Position numbers and translations under genes: made by a program
Shown: one piece after another, positions 41,201 through 50,622 of the stretch
How positions within the stretch are numbered: position 1 is the first letter of the stretch
Layout: each line of letters opens with the position of its first letter
The notes under the pieces: generated by a model
What the model was told of the DNA's origin: nothing
Database searches by the model: none
The model's input: only the letters and a program-made list of their open reading frames with translations
From: Candidatus Omnitrophota bacterium
GTDB taxonomy: Bacteria > Omnitrophota > Gorgyraeia > Gorgyraeales > Gorgyraeaceae
Assembly: GCA_026387235.1 (NCBI GenBank)
Contig: JAPLMD010000069.1
Span: 26,920 to 90,919, forward strand
Length of the DNA: 64,000 nucleotides
Direction of reading: 5' to 3'

Positions 41201-42854
41201 GATATGCGATAATGGAGGAGGTATTTATTACTGGGGCGTTATAAATGGCGGTGATACGCGAAATTATGGTCAGCTTTATCATGCAATGAATAATGGAAAA
41301 GGCGGAAACTGGGTTTATTTTACCATGAGCCATGTTCGCGATGATTTTATAGGAGCTAAGTTAGGCAGAGGCGCTAAAGTATACTGCGGATCTGAAATTC
41401 GGCATTGCGAAGACGTAACAAGCGGCACATTATATGATGCTATAGTTGAAAAAGATTTTACTCCAGTAAAACGTAATATTCCTGTTGGGAATATTGTAAC
41501 TGTGAGTAATGTTATAAAAAATAATATTGAGGTTGCAGCAGATATGATAAGAGCAACTTCTGATAGCAGTGATATACCAACAAATGAGTTATTGAAAAGT
41601 GAAAAAGCAAAATTTTATGTTCTTATGGGTGGCAGTCCAATGGCTAAGAATCTAGTGGATATGCTCAAGGCTCTTGGTGCTGATATAGAGGTTGAAAGTG
41701 GAAGCGTGGATAAGAATTTTAATACAGCCAATATTATAGACCCTAATGAGCTTAATAATCCTAATGCGCATCCGCTTCAAGTTGCTATAAATAAAAGATT
41801 GAGAGAGATAGCGAAAGAGACAGGCAGGACGGTTTTAGTAGTAGACCCTGATGCTGATAGAGGATCGATTGTTGCTATAAATGAAGAAGGAGAAGCAATA
41901 GCTTTATCAGGTTCGAAGTTATTACTTCTGGCTATGGAACCACTGGCGCGCAGTTATAAAGCTAAAGGACTTCCTCCTCCTACTGTAATTTGCGACATGA
42001 GAACAGGGGTAAGCGCTAAAGATTTAGCAAAGGTGCTTAATGAAAGAGGATTTCCAATCAAGGTTGTTCCACATGAGGCTGGTTATCCATTTTTTATGAG
42101 AGGAATGGCGAGCTTGCCAGCTGATCTGGCTGTAGAAAATACTACGCATGCATTTATGAACCCTATGACAAACCCGAAATGGGGCGCGCCAGAAGAATAT
42201 AGAATGCCAAATGGTGAGGGTTATCAAGGTGGTGATAATGCCGCTCTTTTCCTTATTTATTTGGCAGGCTGTATGGTCCATCAGTGGGAAGGTAGAACCC
42301 CTGCCCAGCAATTAGAATGGCTTGAACAAGAATATGGCATTAAAAAGACTATAGATGATGAACGGAAACCCAAGATGCCAGTGAAGGATGATAAGTACAA
42401 ATATATTATTGCAGGTAGAATGAAAATGTTGGCTAAACAATATTGTACTGATAAAACTAGGTTTTTAATTAATTTCGATGATCCTAAGGTTAGTTTGGTA
42501 AGCGGTGTCCATCTGACAAATGTTAAAACAGGCGCCATGGTTTTAGTAAGATTTTCTAATACAGGTTCAACTTTTACGATTTCTGGTGAAGCCTACTATA
42601 GAAAAGATTTAGGCGAAGGGCGTGAGAGAGAAGATTTGAATGAAATGTTGGGCTTGGGGTATTGGATTATGATTACCGCAGTGAATCAATTGCACGCCGA
42701 GGGCAATGTTTTTGATTTTGATCCCAAGGATGCTGCTGAATTGGAAAATCAACCAATTGTAGCTGAGATGAATCAAATGCTTACAGACACTCAACACGAA
42801 GGTTTGCAGCCTGCTATTACAAAGATATCTAGAGACATAGGTTCAGGTATATGA
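38241..42854 (+). CDS. Secreted multidomain protein (1537 aa): signal peptide, ChaN/EreA-like domain, linker, phosphohexomutase (PGM/PMM)-like cargo
   Basis: QDIHG, TMSH (phospho-Ser loop), DPDADR (metal loop), ENTTH, VRFSNTG. Confidence 0.8.
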   Translation: MTFNTMKKVASIVTFISFIATNSIYAAPESKSVFKNKKVDYQKINDQNNGVIQRKKAILNGEDANQVESQQKEAQKILSSHLSDISLIHIPAELGRITEVYQNPDAENSRLIVHIQDLHTNPEAEYNLAKILELLLNDYKMGLVCSEGADGAVDTSSISSFPDYATREKVSKIFVNAGELTGEEYLSITKYPALPIWGIENKEIYFKNIIDFNKIMKFNPQSQVFISQAKKALEELKNKLYTKELLELDQKGLDYKAQKLESADYITYLTGYVQKLNIPTLKYENVSLLNETIDMEKRIGQLKIMNELQNLLLNLQAAFLSKSMKGESDSLNANAQLFKDQKISPFSFYSYLKDLANKHLKDEFSAKYTAINSFVTYLTKVNSLDSTKLFIELEDLNFEIKEALCRTEEQKTLVKALRNIDFLEGFFNLKVSNEELDYYLENKESHKVAWFKSAITGITGKIGLTGQTNYIDYNSALIDPHLTELEEFYKVVKERDVAMVDNSLFEIEKRRSKVSALIAGGFHTKGITRLLKDKGYSYIVVSPYSKTDMDEQNYHFLLSGKRKPLVELLKQLDLGGIVKRYITSTGLRVNMGCDTDMDAAFGRQVIPELAKIWDFEPEDLHRWNLPPRVVACLVFQSAAAGRTDFKGWPSIVGLELNDIGVLKLTSREGYIYYVEVTADNKVKEAKPDAFNNGTVVVNIPSAGTGQIIAKELQKVDLSAVEPEAAVGSLFNLLDLLIRLRDGQGITEISTGKLKTERTAVGVRMVDREINAGRLLGILEDKETSRGVVKFTEPFKDITRAELVEINTEIAKILPKGLGRGTLDQLDQVKLEQVRKIVETFKKVDGLRTQQGREAEFLVQNVQKLSRVDGGIVAGIGLQDIHGRVFKLNGQFFNDDGSYTEELQKFMDTLSDNSVQEMIHAGIMYYDIRSKYWKDNPAFTVAFAFAFAKKLQEIEGRQDGIVLHIGVDAYHKHFETAQVFADAILRTGICDNGGGIYYWGVINGGDTRNYGQLYHAMNNGKGGNWVYFTMSHVRDDFIGAKLGRGAKVYCGSEIRHCEDVTSGTLYDAIVEKDFTPVKRNIPVGNIVTVSNVIKNNIEVAADMIRATSDSSDIPTNELLKSEKAKFYVLMGGSPMAKNLVDMLKALGADIEVESGSVDKNFNTANIIDPNELNNPNAHPLQVAINKRLREIAKETGRTVLVVDPDADRGSIVAINEEGEAIALSGSKLLLLAMEPLARSYKAKGLPPPTVICDMRTGVSAKDLAKVLNERGFPIKVVPHEAGYPFFMRGMASLPADLAVENTTHAFMNPMTNPKWGAPEEYRMPNGEGYQGGDNAALFLIYLAGCMVHQWEGRTPAQQLEWLEQEYGIKKTIDDERKPKMPVKDDKYKYIIAGRMKMLAKQYCTDKTRFLINFDDPKVSLVSGVHLTNVKTGAMVLVRFSNTGSTFTISGEAYYRKDLGEGREREDLNEMLGLGYWIMITAVNQLHAEGNVFDFDPKDAAELENQPIVAEMNQMLTDTQHEGLQPAITKISRDIGSGI

Positions 42855-42877
42855 ATTTATTCATAATGAGGAAGAAT

Positions 42878-45800
42878 ATGCCGCATAGCTACTTTAAAAA
42901 AACCCTATCTTTTTTTACCCTGATTGCTTTTATTTTTACAAATGCTAGCTATGCTGCCCCTGATTATAATAGCTTATTTAAAAATAAAGCAGCGCTCAGG
43001 GTGCCGCTTAATTCTGATAAGCTTAGGGATGAATTTTTAGAAGTTGCTTCAGCCAAAGGTACAGGAGTTGCGCATCGTGGCTCTAATAGCATAAATGAAG
43101 CAATAAGATTAGCATATGACGCAAGGAACAAAGACAAAGAAACATTTTTTGTAATTCAAGAAAATGGAAAACCAGTCAGAGGAATCAGCAGATATCACGC
43201 TGCTATTTTACCTGCAACTTTCAAAGCTATAGACAGCCTGGATGCATCAGCAGTAAAACTAATATTAACAAGACTAGAGAGAAACATTTCTGAAATCTTA
43301 GGCCTTAGAATCCGACTATCAACAATAGGCAAAGATCAAATTAAAGATACGATAGAATCAGCTTTGACAGTTTTAATAAAAGACCCAAATGATCCTGATA
43401 ATCCTCTTATTATTGCGAAGAGCCTTAATGAATATAATGCTGGACATAATAGCCCTAAAAGAAAAAGTATATATTTACCAAGAAGGTTTATAGATGGCCT
43501 GATAAAAGAGGGAGAGATGAGTATCGTAGCAGCAGCTGAAGGCCATGAAGGTTTTCAGCTTGCCGTTGCACTTGCTTTGGGTAATAAATATGATGAAAGA
43601 AATGAAGTCTTATTGGATGCAATTAATAACGCAGCTGAAGAGTTTGAGTGTTTAATAGCAGGAAAAAGCAGATTAGGATTAAATAGCAGGCTGGACGACC
43701 AGATATTGGCCTCAATAGCATGTACTACAAGAGGCGCACAAAAACTTCAATTTGCAAATTCGCTATCTCAAAAGGTTACTCCTGAGCATGGGCTTAGTGA
43801 AGAAGATTTGGCTGAAGTGAAAGATGCATTGGAAGAGGTCCACGCCTCTATTCAATCAGATGACAGCCTTAATGGGTTATATAAAAGCCCGTCAAGTTAT
43901 GTGGAAAGACAAAAAGATATAGCCCGGATGAGCGCGCTAGCAGAAGAATGGAAAGATAAGTATAATGATATTTTGATTATAGGCGGAGAAGATAGCGGTA
44001 CCCATATGGCATTTACAGCGCTTACTGAAGAAAACCGGAACAACCTTTCTAAAGCAGAAAGAAAAGGATTTCCTAGGATACATTTCGTGGACATGGATAA
44101 GGTAGTTGAAATTGCACACCGCATAGATTTAAAAAAGGCTGGAATTTTAGTAATAGGTAATAATATAAGCAATGCTAATGCTGCAACATGCAGGTATTTA
44201 CAAGAAATATATGGTAAAGAAGGTATAGCATCCAGACTTGCTATTGTAGGTGACTCAGGAAAGACATTAGGGGAAACAGTGCCTTCTGAGAAACAGTTTT
44301 CATTACCCGAAGGCTTAGGCAACATGGATTCTTTTTTTAGCGCCGCAGGATTACTGCCTATTGTTTTGGCAGGTAAAGTTAGGGAGGCTCAGGATATATT
44401 GACAGGAGCTGAATCTGCTGCTGAGGATATAGCAGGAATAGATTTAACTGCTCCAACAACAGGAATTCCAGCCATATTCATGTATCCTGAATATATGCAT
44501 CCTGGAATTATTGCAGCGCTATATGAAAAAAAGGCAAAAGATGTGAGCATCTATTGTCCTTTTTCAGAAAAATTGAGGTTATTTGGTGTATGGACTGCAA
44601 ATCAGTTTAATTTAGTTATAAGCGGAAGAAAAGGTAATAGTTTAGTTTTTCAAGGCGCAGTAGGCACAAGGCATAATCATGCCAGTTTACAAAACTGGCA
44701 AAAAGGCCATAATATGTTTCAAGTAATTACACTTGGGGTGAATGAATTTAATAGCAATCTGGCTGCCGGAAGGTCCAGTTACAATCTATTTAGAAATATG
44801 TCATTTGCTGACCTTATGAATTTTGCAATGGAAGGCACAGAACAGGCTTTAGCAGATGGGAAAAGGCCAAATTTAGGCTATAGAATTAAGAAAGTAGATG
44901 GAGTTAATTTAGGAGGATTGATTTATACAACGCTTTATCAAAAACTCGTTCTTTCTAGATTGCTAGATAAAATGGATAAAGGAGAAAGGGCGCAAACAAC
45001 AGTTGCTAGTTTAGAAAAAGAGACAGAAAATGCTGTTGCGAGCAAGGTTGTTTCTGCAGAGGGCAAGCCTAGTGTTATAAGAGATGCTTCTGGCCTTAGC
45101 CTTGATTATTCAGGTGCTCTTGGAAAAGATGGAGTAACTACGGAAGAGATGCCTGAGGTTGTTGCAGATTTGGTAGATATACAGATGGAAGTGGCAAAAG
45201 AAAGACTTGCAGGTAAACATGATTATCTTAATCTTCCTGAGCGCATGATAAAGGAAATCCAATCAGATAATTTTAGAGGTATAATGAAGGACTTCAGGGA
45301 GTTTGAGGATGTCCTTGTAATAGGCATAGGAGGTTCTAGCGTAGGTGCAAAGATGTGCTTGCAAGCACTTTCTGTGCCTGGTGATAGAAAAATTCCAAAT
45401 GTTTATTTTCTTGAAAGCGTGGATCCGGATTATATAGAAGAAATAACCAAGAATATTGATTTTACAAAAACAGGAATAATTGTAATCAGCAAAACCGGAG
45501 AAACAATGGAATCCAATACAGTCTTCGCAGCTGTAAAAGAAATGATGCAGCAGAGTTTTAGCAGTATTGGCCAGCCTGCGGATTACAAAAAGAATATATT
45601 AGCCATTACAGATCCTGATCATGGCTTATTGAAAAAGGAGGCAAAGAGAGAAGGGTATCGCACCTTAGATGTACCTCCTTTAGTAGAGGGCAGATTCACA
45701 GTGCTTTCCGCAGTGGGTATTGCAGTCATAGGGCTTAAGCTTACAGATAATGAATTATTAGAATTGTTAGAAGGTGCTAGAGATTATGTAAATACAACAG

Positions 45801-48571
45801 AGCTTAGTTCAGATAAACTAAAGAAGTTCGTAAAATTAGATACAAAAAAGAAAAAGACTGCAGAAGAATCAGCAGAATTGCAAAGATTAGGAAATGAGTT
45901 AAAAGAAGAGGCAAAACAAAAAGTATATAATTCAATAGGTTATATGTATGGAGGCCTAAGAAGCCAATTAAATCTTAAAAAGCAAAAAAGCCTGTCTTTT
46001 GTTGCCCCTTTTTCTTATAGGCTGTCAGGATTTCTGGACTGGGTTATTCAATTATGGAATGAAAGCTATGGCAAGCCAGGTGTAAAAGAATATACTACTG
46101 GAGCAGTAGGGCTTGATCCTGAAGCAGTTGTTTATGACAAAGATTCAGAAGTTGTAACCTTAGTTAACATAGAAGACACTCAGGCTCCAGGATTGGATTC
46201 TACGCGTTCAGGCTACTATAGAGCATCTGATTCATTATTAAGAAAAAATAACAAACCTGTTTTTTCATTGTCACTTCCTTTGCTTGATGGTGAAAATCCC
46301 CGGTCATTTGGCGCATTTATTATTGCTTTGCAACAAGCAGTTATGGTGCAGTCCAAGTCCAAATTATTCACAAAACCAATAATATATGATAACCAGCCTG
46401 GCGTAGAGCTTGCAAAGCGTTCTGCAAGGAGGATGATAGAGCAGAAAAGAGGGCTTGTGGGTGTGGATGTTATTCCTCATGAGCTTACTGAAATAGGTTC
46501 AGCAATTGGAAGTCTTGGTATGTCTGCAAGCGATACCATTAGATATGAGGACTTTAATAGCCCTGAAGAACGAGAAAGGGCTTTAGCAAAATTAATAAAA
46601 AGTACTTTAACTCAAAGAAGTGAAGAAGCTTCTATAGGCAGCATCTGGATGAAAGGAGAAGAAAAACCTGTTTCAGTGAATCCGAATGGGAAATATACAA
46701 TTCTCATAAATCCCTTGGACGCATCTTCTAATATTGAGAAAAATAACGGGAGTGTCACTGCATTATTTGCTGTATATGATGGAAGTCAGTTCGCAAAAGA
46801 TAATCTCATAGCTACATTTATGGTTGTTTATGGCCCGGCAACTGGTTTAGTGGCAAGGGTCAAGGTAGGAGATGAGTTCTGTGTATATGATTTTATACTT
46901 GATGAAAAGATTAAGAGTTTTGTTCAGAGGCAGAGAGGGGGCAGGGAAACCAGTCTTATTGAGATGAATTATAAAGGCGACGAACTTGCTATATGGGGCA
47001 AGGTAAAAGATTGGCCACCAGCGCTTAATGATTTTTATTACAAGGAGATATATAGAAGCGGTAAAAAAGTCAGGATAAGCGAATCTGCAGCAGATTTATA
47101 CGAGATGATTTTAAAAGGAGGGATTATTGCTGCGCCGATTACACAATGTGATGCAGTAATGTGGGGCTCTATTATTGAATCAGCTGGAGGAAGGTCTTTA
47201 ATAATGACTGAAGATGGCCCAATATCCTGCACTGAATTAAAATTAGGCAAAGATTCTTTTAATCCTGAGAAACAAATCTGGGCTTATTTTGGGAATAAGG
47301 ACGTAATGGAAAGAATGGAGCAAAGTCTAAGGGGGGGCGAAAATTTAAATCCTGATGAGCGTAAAGAGTTTTATAAAAGCAATATGATTGTAAGAGGCCC
47401 ACCTAAGAGTATAGATACAACAAGAGAAAATGCTGATGGAAAGAGCTTAGAGAGTGTATTGAGTGATGAGATAGGGGAAGACACCGAAATAGTAAGAATA
47501 GTAGGCCATGTTGCACGTGTAGCAACAACTACAGTAACGCCAATGTTTTCAGTAATAGGGGTGGAAGAAGGGTTAGGTGAAATTAATCTTGCAGGAGATG
47601 AGCAGGTAGGAGGAGATACATTCACTAATAGGACATTCAGGAACAGGCTTTTGAATCCTGGTAATGATCAGGAGTTGGAAAGGCGTTTAACTGCAGCAGA
47701 AGAAACAGGAGAGCGCTTGGTAGCAAGTGACTTTAACGGTATATCATGGGTAAGCGCTTTTTATTCAGAAGAAGAAGATATGAGATATCCTGGAAATGAT
47801 AATGCTAAATACCTGGTTAGCTTTGATCCATTAGATGGTTCAAGTAAAGTAGATACATTTGGAGGCGTGTCTACAATTCTGACTATTTGGGATAAAGGTG
47901 AGTCAAATGATATTATAGGCAAAATAGGCCATAGAGATGTAAGAGGAGTATGTTTTGTCCTTTACGGTCCGCAGACAATGCTTGTATATGCCTCAGCTAA
48001 GTCAGATAAGGTATTTCTGTTTAAAGTAGACAAAGATGGAAGCGTTAGCAGGGTTGGAATGTTAAAGCCATTGCCAGAAAGGACAGAGAAAGGTTTGAGG
48101 CTAGCAATTGGAGGAGAAAGGCCTGATATGGTGCCTAAAGGTAAGTCTGAAATAGATGATCTTGAGAGCCTGATAACAACATTAGAAAGAGAACATGAAG
48201 GAAAGGCTGGTTACAGTGGTTCAATGAACGTTGATATTGCTGGAATTTTATTTGGAATGGACTCAGAAGCTGATGGAGGCATGTATGCATATCCTGGCAC
48301 AGTTAGGAGGCCCGAAGGCCGCTTAAGGCTTGATAGTGAACTTGTAGCTATGAGTTTTATAACAGAGAAGTTAGGCGGCAGCAGTACAAATGGCAGAAAG
48401 AATATACTTGATATACCTGTCGGAAAATTGCACCAGCACGAGCCATTCTTTGTTGGGTCAAAAATTTTGATAGATAAAGTAGAAAAGGTGTTCGGGAATC
48501 AAGCTAATGCAGCTACTATGCTGCCAGAAGCATTGCCTCTTGGCACAGCAGCAGTTGGGACAAATTTATAA
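42878..48571 (+). CDS. Secreted multidomain protein: signal peptide, unknown region, two PGI-like domains, two class I FBPase-like domains
   Basis: GIGGS, SKTGETME, GRFTVLS, QLWNESYGK, QPGVELAK; NPLDASS, DPLDGSS, YGP, YSGSM, GRLRL; SD before ATG 42878 (alternative start 42851). Confidence 0.8.
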   Translation: MPHSYFKKTLSFFTLIAFIFTNASYAAPDYNSLFKNKAALRVPLNSDKLRDEFLEVASAKGTGVAHRGSNSINEAIRLAYDARNKDKETFFVIQENGKPVRGISRYHAAILPATFKAIDSLDASAVKLILTRLERNISEILGLRIRLSTIGKDQIKDTIESALTVLIKDPNDPDNPLIIAKSLNEYNAGHNSPKRKSIYLPRRFIDGLIKEGEMSIVAAAEGHEGFQLAVALALGNKYDERNEVLLDAINNAAEEFECLIAGKSRLGLNSRLDDQILASIACTTRGAQKLQFANSLSQKVTPEHGLSEEDLAEVKDALEEVHASIQSDDSLNGLYKSPSSYVERQKDIARMSALAEEWKDKYNDILIIGGEDSGTHMAFTALTEENRNNLSKAERKGFPRIHFVDMDKVVEIAHRIDLKKAGILVIGNNISNANAATCRYLQEIYGKEGIASRLAIVGDSGKTLGETVPSEKQFSLPEGLGNMDSFFSAAGLLPIVLAGKVREAQDILTGAESAAEDIAGIDLTAPTTGIPAIFMYPEYMHPGIIAALYEKKAKDVSIYCPFSEKLRLFGVWTANQFNLVISGRKGNSLVFQGAVGTRHNHASLQNWQKGHNMFQVITLGVNEFNSNLAAGRSSYNLFRNMSFADLMNFAMEGTEQALADGKRPNLGYRIKKVDGVNLGGLIYTTLYQKLVLSRLLDKMDKGERAQTTVASLEKETENAVASKVVSAEGKPSVIRDASGLSLDYSGALGKDGVTTEEMPEVVADLVDIQMEVAKERLAGKHDYLNLPERMIKEIQSDNFRGIMKDFREFEDVLVIGIGGSSVGAKMCLQALSVPGDRKIPNVYFLESVDPDYIEEITKNIDFTKTGIIVISKTGETMESNTVFAAVKEMMQQSFSSIGQPADYKKNILAITDPDHGLLKKEAKREGYRTLDVPPLVEGRFTVLSAVGIAVIGLKLTDNELLELLEGARDYVNTTELSSDKLKKFVKLDTKKKKTAEESAELQRLGNELKEEAKQKVYNSIGYMYGGLRSQLNLKKQKSLSFVAPFSYRLSGFLDWVIQLWNESYGKPGVKEYTTGAVGLDPEAVVYDKDSEVVTLVNIEDTQAPGLDSTRSGYYRASDSLLRKNNKPVFSLSLPLLDGENPRSFGAFIIALQQAVMVQSKSKLFTKPIIYDNQPGVELAKRSARRMIEQKRGLVGVDVIPHELTEIGSAIGSLGMSASDTIRYEDFNSPEERERALAKLIKSTLTQRSEEASIGSIWMKGEEKPVSVNPNGKYTILINPLDASSNIEKNNGSVTALFAVYDGSQFAKDNLIATFMVVYGPATGLVARVKVGDEFCVYDFILDEKIKSFVQRQRGGRETSLIEMNYKGDELAIWGKVKDWPPALNDFYYKEIYRSGKKVRISESAADLYEMILKGGIIAAPITQCDAVMWGSIIESAGGRSLIMTEDGPISCTELKLGKDSFNPEKQIWAYFGNKDVMERMEQSLRGGENLNPDERKEFYKSNMIVRGPPKSIDTTRENADGKSLESVLSDEIGEDTEIVRIVGHVARVATTTVTPMFSVIGVEEGLGEINLAGDEQVGGDTFTNRTFRNRLLNPGNDQELERRLTAAEETGERLVASDFNGISWVSAFYSEEEDMRYPGNDNAKYLVSFDPLDGSSKVDTFGGVSTILTIWDKGESNDIIGKIGHRDVRGVCFVLYGPQTMLVYASAKSDKVFLFKVDKDGSVSRVGMLKPLPERTEKGLRLAIGGERPDMVPKGKSEIDDLESLITTLEREHEGKAGYSGSMNVDIAGILFGMDSEADGGMYAYPGTVRRPEGRLRLDSELVAMSFITEKLGGSSTNGRKNILDIPVGKLHQHEPFFVGSKILIDKVEKVFGNQANAATMLPEALPLGTAAVGTNL

Positions 48572-48591
48572 TATTTGCTAAATAGTATTTC

Positions 48592-48630
48592 AGGGACGGT
48601 TCTGGTGGAGCCAATAATAGAACCGTCCCT
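48592..48630. repeat. Perfect 12-bp inverted repeat (REP-like or terminator)
   Basis: agggacggttct/agaaccgtccct. Confidence 0.65.
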
Positions 48631-48645
48631 CAATTTTGGTATTTT

Positions 48646-50622
48646 ATGAAAACGTTTTCTATTTCTAAAAAATTAAATACCTTACTTAATGCGCATGGGG
48701 ATAAGGCCATGGCTGACAGGTTCCTGAAAGGCGGGTACAGGCAGGATGGCTATGGTGTGCCTAGTGGGTCTGCAATAAATGGTTCTTTTGCTTTTGAAGG
48801 TGAGCAGGGATATTATACTGAAGACGGAAAAAAGGCTTTTCTTGGGACTGTTAAAAGCATGAGAGATTTTTTTGAAAGGCGTAAACCTATAAAACTGGTT
48901 ATTAAATTAGGCATAGGCGGGCAGCATACACCATTTCAAGGCATAGCTGATATCTTTGGCGCGCAGAAAGGCGTAAAGATTTCTGGAGAATATGAGCTTG
49001 GCAAAGATTATGAAGAATTTATAGTTAAGACTTTAAAAGAACTTAAAGCAGGCTGGGATGAAGTGGCAGTGATACCAAGCTCAAAATCAGGCTCAACTGA
49101 TGAAACAATGATGGTTTTTGTGGATATATTTTATGTTCTATTAAAATATCAAGCTATAAAGATGGGTCTTGACGGAGAAAAATTTGCGAAATTGGTTTTA
49201 GATACGCTTCATGAGATTAATTTTATAAATAGAAAAGAAAGACCAGGGAAAGAGCTTTTTACATCAGATGTGGGTATTATGAAACGCATATCTGAAAAAG
49301 TTGATATTTCAAGCAAGAAGATAAATGATATATTCGCCAAGGTTCTTGGGAATATGTTTTTTGAGACTACAGACAGGGCGGAACAGAGCAGGCTTTCAGC
49401 TTTTATCAGGAATTCAGGCCTGGATAAGGAACTTGGAGATGATGCGCCTGGTTTCGGAGCGATGTTTGATAATGTAGGGGGTAGGTGGACAGCAGATCTT
49501 CATATGATGACATTCCTGGCTTACCTTGGTCTTGATGCTGAAAAATACTGGAAGATACGTAAATATGGGATAAGTAAAGTCAGGGAAGGAAAACATCAGG
49601 CAAATAGTATTGCTAAAAAAATTGTAGATAATGAAATAACAGATATTGCACTTTTACTTCCTGACCAGTTTTTCTGGTTTGGGAAATCCATTGAGCAGAA
49701 TTTCAATGAAAGCATATGGCAGGAAGGTTTTGCGAACTTAATAGCAATAAGAGAGTCTCAGTGGAAGGCGCAAGAAAAATATTACAAGGGCAAGAAAAAG
49801 CTGATTATAAAAATATCAGATTTAAAAATTCCTGATTTTAAAAAGCTCAATAATCAGGAAAAAGCAAATGCCCTAGCAGAGCTTTTTACAACATTCTACG
49901 GCATTACTTCTATTGTTGGAAATTTATTGATTGAAAAGGCTCTCAGGAAAGCAGGATACAGCAAAAAAGATGTTGATTTAAATAATCTGGATAACCCGGC
50001 TACAAAGATAGTTCAGGAGAATCTATATCTTAGACAGCCTTATGTTGAACTAGGAAAAGGACTTTTAGAGGCAAGGCTAAAAGAACTTCAGGAAAAGGAA
50101 ACTAAAAAACCAGGTTCAATAGAAGAGGAATACAGGAGAATAGTAAAGCTTGCTGAATCAAAGAAGATGGAATCCAGTATCTCAGACATAGCTTCGTTTG
50201 AAAAGGCAATTGAATTTGCCATGAAAGACTCCAGGAAATTTGTCCCGTTTATTTATTTAGAAGGAGATAAATTTTATAATCTCAGGGATTATCTGATTTC
50301 AGAAGGCATTGAGTGGGTAATGCAGGGAACAGGAGACCAACATATAAGTTTTCAGCAGGTCCTGGCTCAGCCGCAAAAATACTTGCCGTTTATTATCTCA
50401 TTTATTCCCGAAAAACCATTGCCTGGCAGGCCTGCCATAGGTTTTGCTAAAGGTTATCTTCATAATATAAGCCCTAACATGGTGCGTGACTTTTTCGCAG
50501 AGGCATCATACAAGGCTTTAGTTTCACAGGGAGGAAAAGGGTTTTTTATAAGGTTAATTGATCACAAAGAAAATATCAGCATTATTAAAAAAGGAATATC
50601 AGATACCGCTAATGCAATCTAA
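48646..50622 (+). CDS. Divergent glucose-6-phosphate isomerase-like protein, no signal peptide
   Basis: LGIGGQ, SKSGSTDET, NVGGRW, EQNFNES, QPYVELGK, C-terminal GTGDQH. Confidence 0.75.
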   Translation: MKTFSISKKLNTLLNAHGDKAMADRFLKGGYRQDGYGVPSGSAINGSFAFEGEQGYYTEDGKKAFLGTVKSMRDFFERRKPIKLVIKLGIGGQHTPFQGIADIFGAQKGVKISGEYELGKDYEEFIVKTLKELKAGWDEVAVIPSSKSGSTDETMMVFVDIFYVLLKYQAIKMGLDGEKFAKLVLDTLHEINFINRKERPGKELFTSDVGIMKRISEKVDISSKKINDIFAKVLGNMFFETTDRAEQSRLSAFIRNSGLDKELGDDAPGFGAMFDNVGGRWTADLHMMTFLAYLGLDAEKYWKIRKYGISKVREGKHQANSIAKKIVDNEITDIALLLPDQFFWFGKSIEQNFNESIWQEGFANLIAIRESQWKAQEKYYKGKKKLIIKISDLKIPDFKKLNNQEKANALAELFTTFYGITSIVGNLLIEKALRKAGYSKKDVDLNNLDNPATKIVQENLYLRQPYVELGKGLLEARLKELQEKETKKPGSIEEEYRRIVKLAESKKMESSISDIASFEKAIEFAMKDSRKFVPFIYLEGDKFYNLRDYLISEGIEWVMQGTGDQHISFQQVLAQPQKYLPFIISFIPEKPLPGRPAIGFAKGYLHNISPNMVRDFFAEASYKALVSQGGKGFFIRLIDHKENISIIKKGISDTANAI

